This document shows positions 61,801 through 64,000 of a stretch of DNA of 64,000 nucleotides, in pieces. The notes beneath the pieces are model-generated. The model made no database searches. It was not told where the DNA came from and worked only from the letters and a program-made list of their open reading frames with translations. Both the position numbers and the translations under genes were made by a program. Source of the DNA: an uncultured bacterium (GTDB lineage Bacteria; Fidelibacterota; Marinisomatia; Marinisomatales; UBA1611); contig CALSPG010000006.1 in the NCBI GenBank assembly GCA_943788175.1, positions 256,316 through 320,315 on the forward strand, read 5' to 3'. How positions within the stretch are numbered: the stretch's first letter is position 1; every line of letters begins with the position of its first letter.

Positions 61801-63537
61801 TGTTGTAATCCCTGTCTTTGCATCCAACTGCGTCTGAATATTAGAAGTAACACCATCAACATAATTTAATTCATTCGCTGTTGCTGTTATATTTGTTCCA
61901 CCTATATTTAATGTTCCGGCTGTAACTCCACCATCTACCAAAACTTGGTTAGCTGATAAAGTAATTAAGTCTGAGTTTTGTATATGACCAATTTCTGATC
62001 GATTTATTAATACCTCATCTATGATTAATGAACCACCAGTAATTGCACCTGAACCAGTAATCGTCGTTGCTCCAGATAAAGCTCCGCTAGAAAGCGTTGC
62101 GGTTCCATCGCTGATAGTTCCTGCTGTTAAACTTGTTATCCCAGAAACAATACCTTCATCTACACTCACTGATCCATCTAAAACAATCATCGAACCTGCA
62201 GCTGGCGTCAAATTTATCCCACCAGTAGAAGTACTGATCGTAACTCTGCTGTTAGATTTGTTACTCCTGTAACAACTCCTGCATCAACATTTATTGAGCC
62301 ATCTAATAGAACCGAAGAGCCTGCAGCTGGCGTTAAATTTATCCCACCAGTAGAAGTAGTAATTGTAACAGCAGCATCACCTGGCGTCAAATCATCTGAT
62401 TTAATTGAGCTTGCTGAAACACCAGTTATACCAGAACCATCACCCATAAACATACCAGCAAACGATTCTGCATTCACTGTACCTACAGCGTTAAGATTTC
62501 TTAGACCAAAGATATCTTTCTCACTATCAACCACAAGTGCTCTTCCAGGAGAAGCTTGCCCATGTACAACACTATCTAGAACATTTAATTCATCATTAGA
62601 TAAAGCTATATTACCATTGTAAATTTTTAATCCATCTTCTGTAGTTAATGATGTGAAATTTGCAGATGAGGGCACTGAATTCCCGATTGGGGTTGCATTA
62701 ATTTCACCATCTAAAATAGTTAAATCATCATTAATAAATGCATCATTTATTCTGGAGCCATTCCATGCCCCCGAATTAATGGTTCCAACTTTGTCAATTA
62801 GCTGATCATTTCCAGTCGTAATGATTGTTCCACTTGTATTAGGAATCATAATTTCATTATCGGATGTTGGATCTTGAATTTTTAACGACACTTGAAATTC
62901 ATTATTATTGTCACCCTCAAAAACAATAGGTCGAGATCCACTTAAGACACCAATTGAATCAGCTAATATTCCTGTTAACCCAGAAGCGCTTCCTATAAAG
63001 ACATCAGCTATTAACGTATCTGGTATATTTTTTAGATCACTATACTCTCCAGATAATGAAACAGGAGGTAGGTCCTCTGTCCGCGTATATCCTTTTGCGA
63101 AAGTAAGAAGTATCCGAAATAATAGAATAAAACACAGAGGTCATTTCTTGCCTTGGCTCCAGAACACTCCCCCCAACTTCGACTTCTAAAAATGCATTAG
63201 CGGGAATTTTATTAAGTTCATTATAAACACCAACAGTAGCTGATAAAAGGCCATCATTTATAAAGATTATTTGAGATTCTTCCCAAAAGGGCTCTCCGCC
63301 TTCTAGCAAATTATATAATCGAAACTTCACATTGTACATTCTATCATCAGCTGGTTGGCCATTATCTTTTGTCAAAATACCTTGATAAGCAATTTTTCTA
63401 GGGACTGATGCTACAGAAGTGCTCTCATTTTTGACTTTAAGAATTTCTGTTTTATTAGAAAACTTAATTTCATTTTTTTTATTTTGAGCTAGCAGCGGTA
63501 TTAAAAATATAGCTGCTATGTAAATTAGTTTTTTCAT
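60546..63537 (-). pseudogene. 5' half of the same fibre gene, broken into at least 6 ORF fragments by single-nt indels
   Basis: The signal-peptide N-terminus is at 63537 (MKKLIYIAAIFLIPLLAQ; IAYQGILTKDNGQP...FWEES...). Fragments are 63040..63537, 62214..62891 (open to about 63090), 61636..62211, 61524..61724, 60759..61070, 60572..60847 and 60439..60624. All encode the same repeat families in shifted frames. Indels are visible against sister repeats, e.g. taatcccgtcttt against taatccctgtctt at about 60600. Confidence 0.7.
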
Positions 63538-63708
63538 GATATACTCCTCATTAAAAACGATTGTTTGTTAATTTTAAATTAAAATGGAAAATCTGGTGGT
63601 GTGTCTAATGACTTTGAATTTTCAGCAATAGATTGAATTGCTTGAGTCGTCGCAACCATTAAAACTGCAAAAAGAATAGGTCTATCTTTAAAGTAAGTCG
63701 CTGCATTT

Positions 63709-64000
63709 TTATTTATTTTTTTTAAAGCTTTCTTTAACTGATATTTTTTGTCTAGGAGCGAATCCTTTTAAGAGCTTGGGTAACATTGAAAGCAAATAAG
63801 GTTCCAAAGCTGATATACCATCATCTTGAATTAAATACATTGGGGTCATAAAGTTCTCATTCCCTAAAAATTCATACTTTTCTTTAATATCAATACATAT
63901 TAAAGAGTTATCAAGCATTTGAGAAACATAAATACTCTGATCTTTACCAACTCTCACACTTGACATATTTGTTAGTTTAAGGTCAGCAGAATTAACATAA
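63709..64000 (-). CDS. Hypothetical protein, partial (frame open to the window end)
   Basis: Track ORF 63709..63966. The frame is still open upstream to 64000 (..YVNSADLKLTN-MSSVRVGK..). No family was recognised. Confidence 0.3.
   Translation of the reverse strand, partial: YVNSADLKLTNMSSVRVGKDQSIYVSQMLDNSLICIDIKEKYEFLGNENFMTPMYLIQDDGISALEPYLLSMLPKLLKGFAPRQKISVKESFKKNK

Noticed and set aside
55482-63537. The tail-fibre-like gene as evidence of a prophage
   Set aside because: No capsid, terminase, portal, baseplate, integrase or lysis genes are present on either side. The protein has a Sec signal peptide, and its neighbour is a T9SS cargo. These fit a cellular surface fibre better.
57318-63537. 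A diversity-generating retroelement (template/variable repeat pair) acting on the fibre
   Set aside because: No reverse transcriptase is in the window. The differences between the near-identical 189-bp copies (a/g, t/c) are not adenine-specific, and the copies lie in the linker rather than in a C-terminal lectin fold.

Overview
A 64-kb, AT-rich window (by eye about 30% GC) from a bacterium of the FCB (Fibrobacteres-Chlorobi-Bacteroidetes) type. The assignment rests on three proteins ending in type-A T9SS C-terminal sorting domains (NPFNP...) and a TonB-dependent receptor with a CarboxypepD_reg-like N-terminus. A finer lineage cannot be assigned from sequence alone. Almost all genes lie on the minus strand.

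Layout:
- 1-2.7 kb: rfaE-like, plsC and serS.
- 2.9-18.5 kb: a Wzx/Wzy-type polysaccharide locus. It holds a priming sugar transferase, two GT2 genes, a methyltransferase, a split GT4, wzx, a wzy-like gene, an HTH-fused wzz, wza, rfbABC and ugd.
- 18.5-29.6 kb: housekeeping genes (tsaD, rpsA, cmk, pseudouridine synthase, scpAB, trpS, HNH, NlpC/P60).
- 29.7-33.2 kb: a cobalamin riboswitch controlling a btuB-like receptor, which is translationally coupled to a T9SS-tagged beta-propeller.
- 33.4-39.6 kb: an outer-membrane barrel, GNAT, fur, pcrA, mltG and a frameshifted small membrane protein.
- 39.6-41.8 kb: tRNA-Asp followed by a 2.1-kb insertion. The insertion is bounded by a 29-bp direct repeat of the tRNA 3' end. 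It carries one roughly 55%-GC ABC exporter gene (twice frameshifted) and no integrase.
- 41.8-49.4 kb: a 1397-aa LamG/beta-helix T9SS cargo, a SulP permease, selU and rnhA.
- 49.4-55.2 kb: a winged-HTH protein fused to a giant coiled coil, plus further coiled-coil ORFs. Only two 1-nt events separate these ORFs.
- 55.5-63.5 kb: a T9SS cargo next to a 6.2-kb phage-tail-fibre-like giant repeat gene. Its 5' half is broken into at least 6 ORF fragments and holds a roughly 1.6-kb array of 111-bp tandem repeats.

No rRNA, CRISPR array, transposase or integrase was seen.

The most unusual loci are the integrase-less tRNA-Asp island, the wHTH/coiled-coil block, and the fragmented tail-fibre-like gene with its T9SS neighbour. 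All functional calls come from motif recognition by eye. No database search was run.
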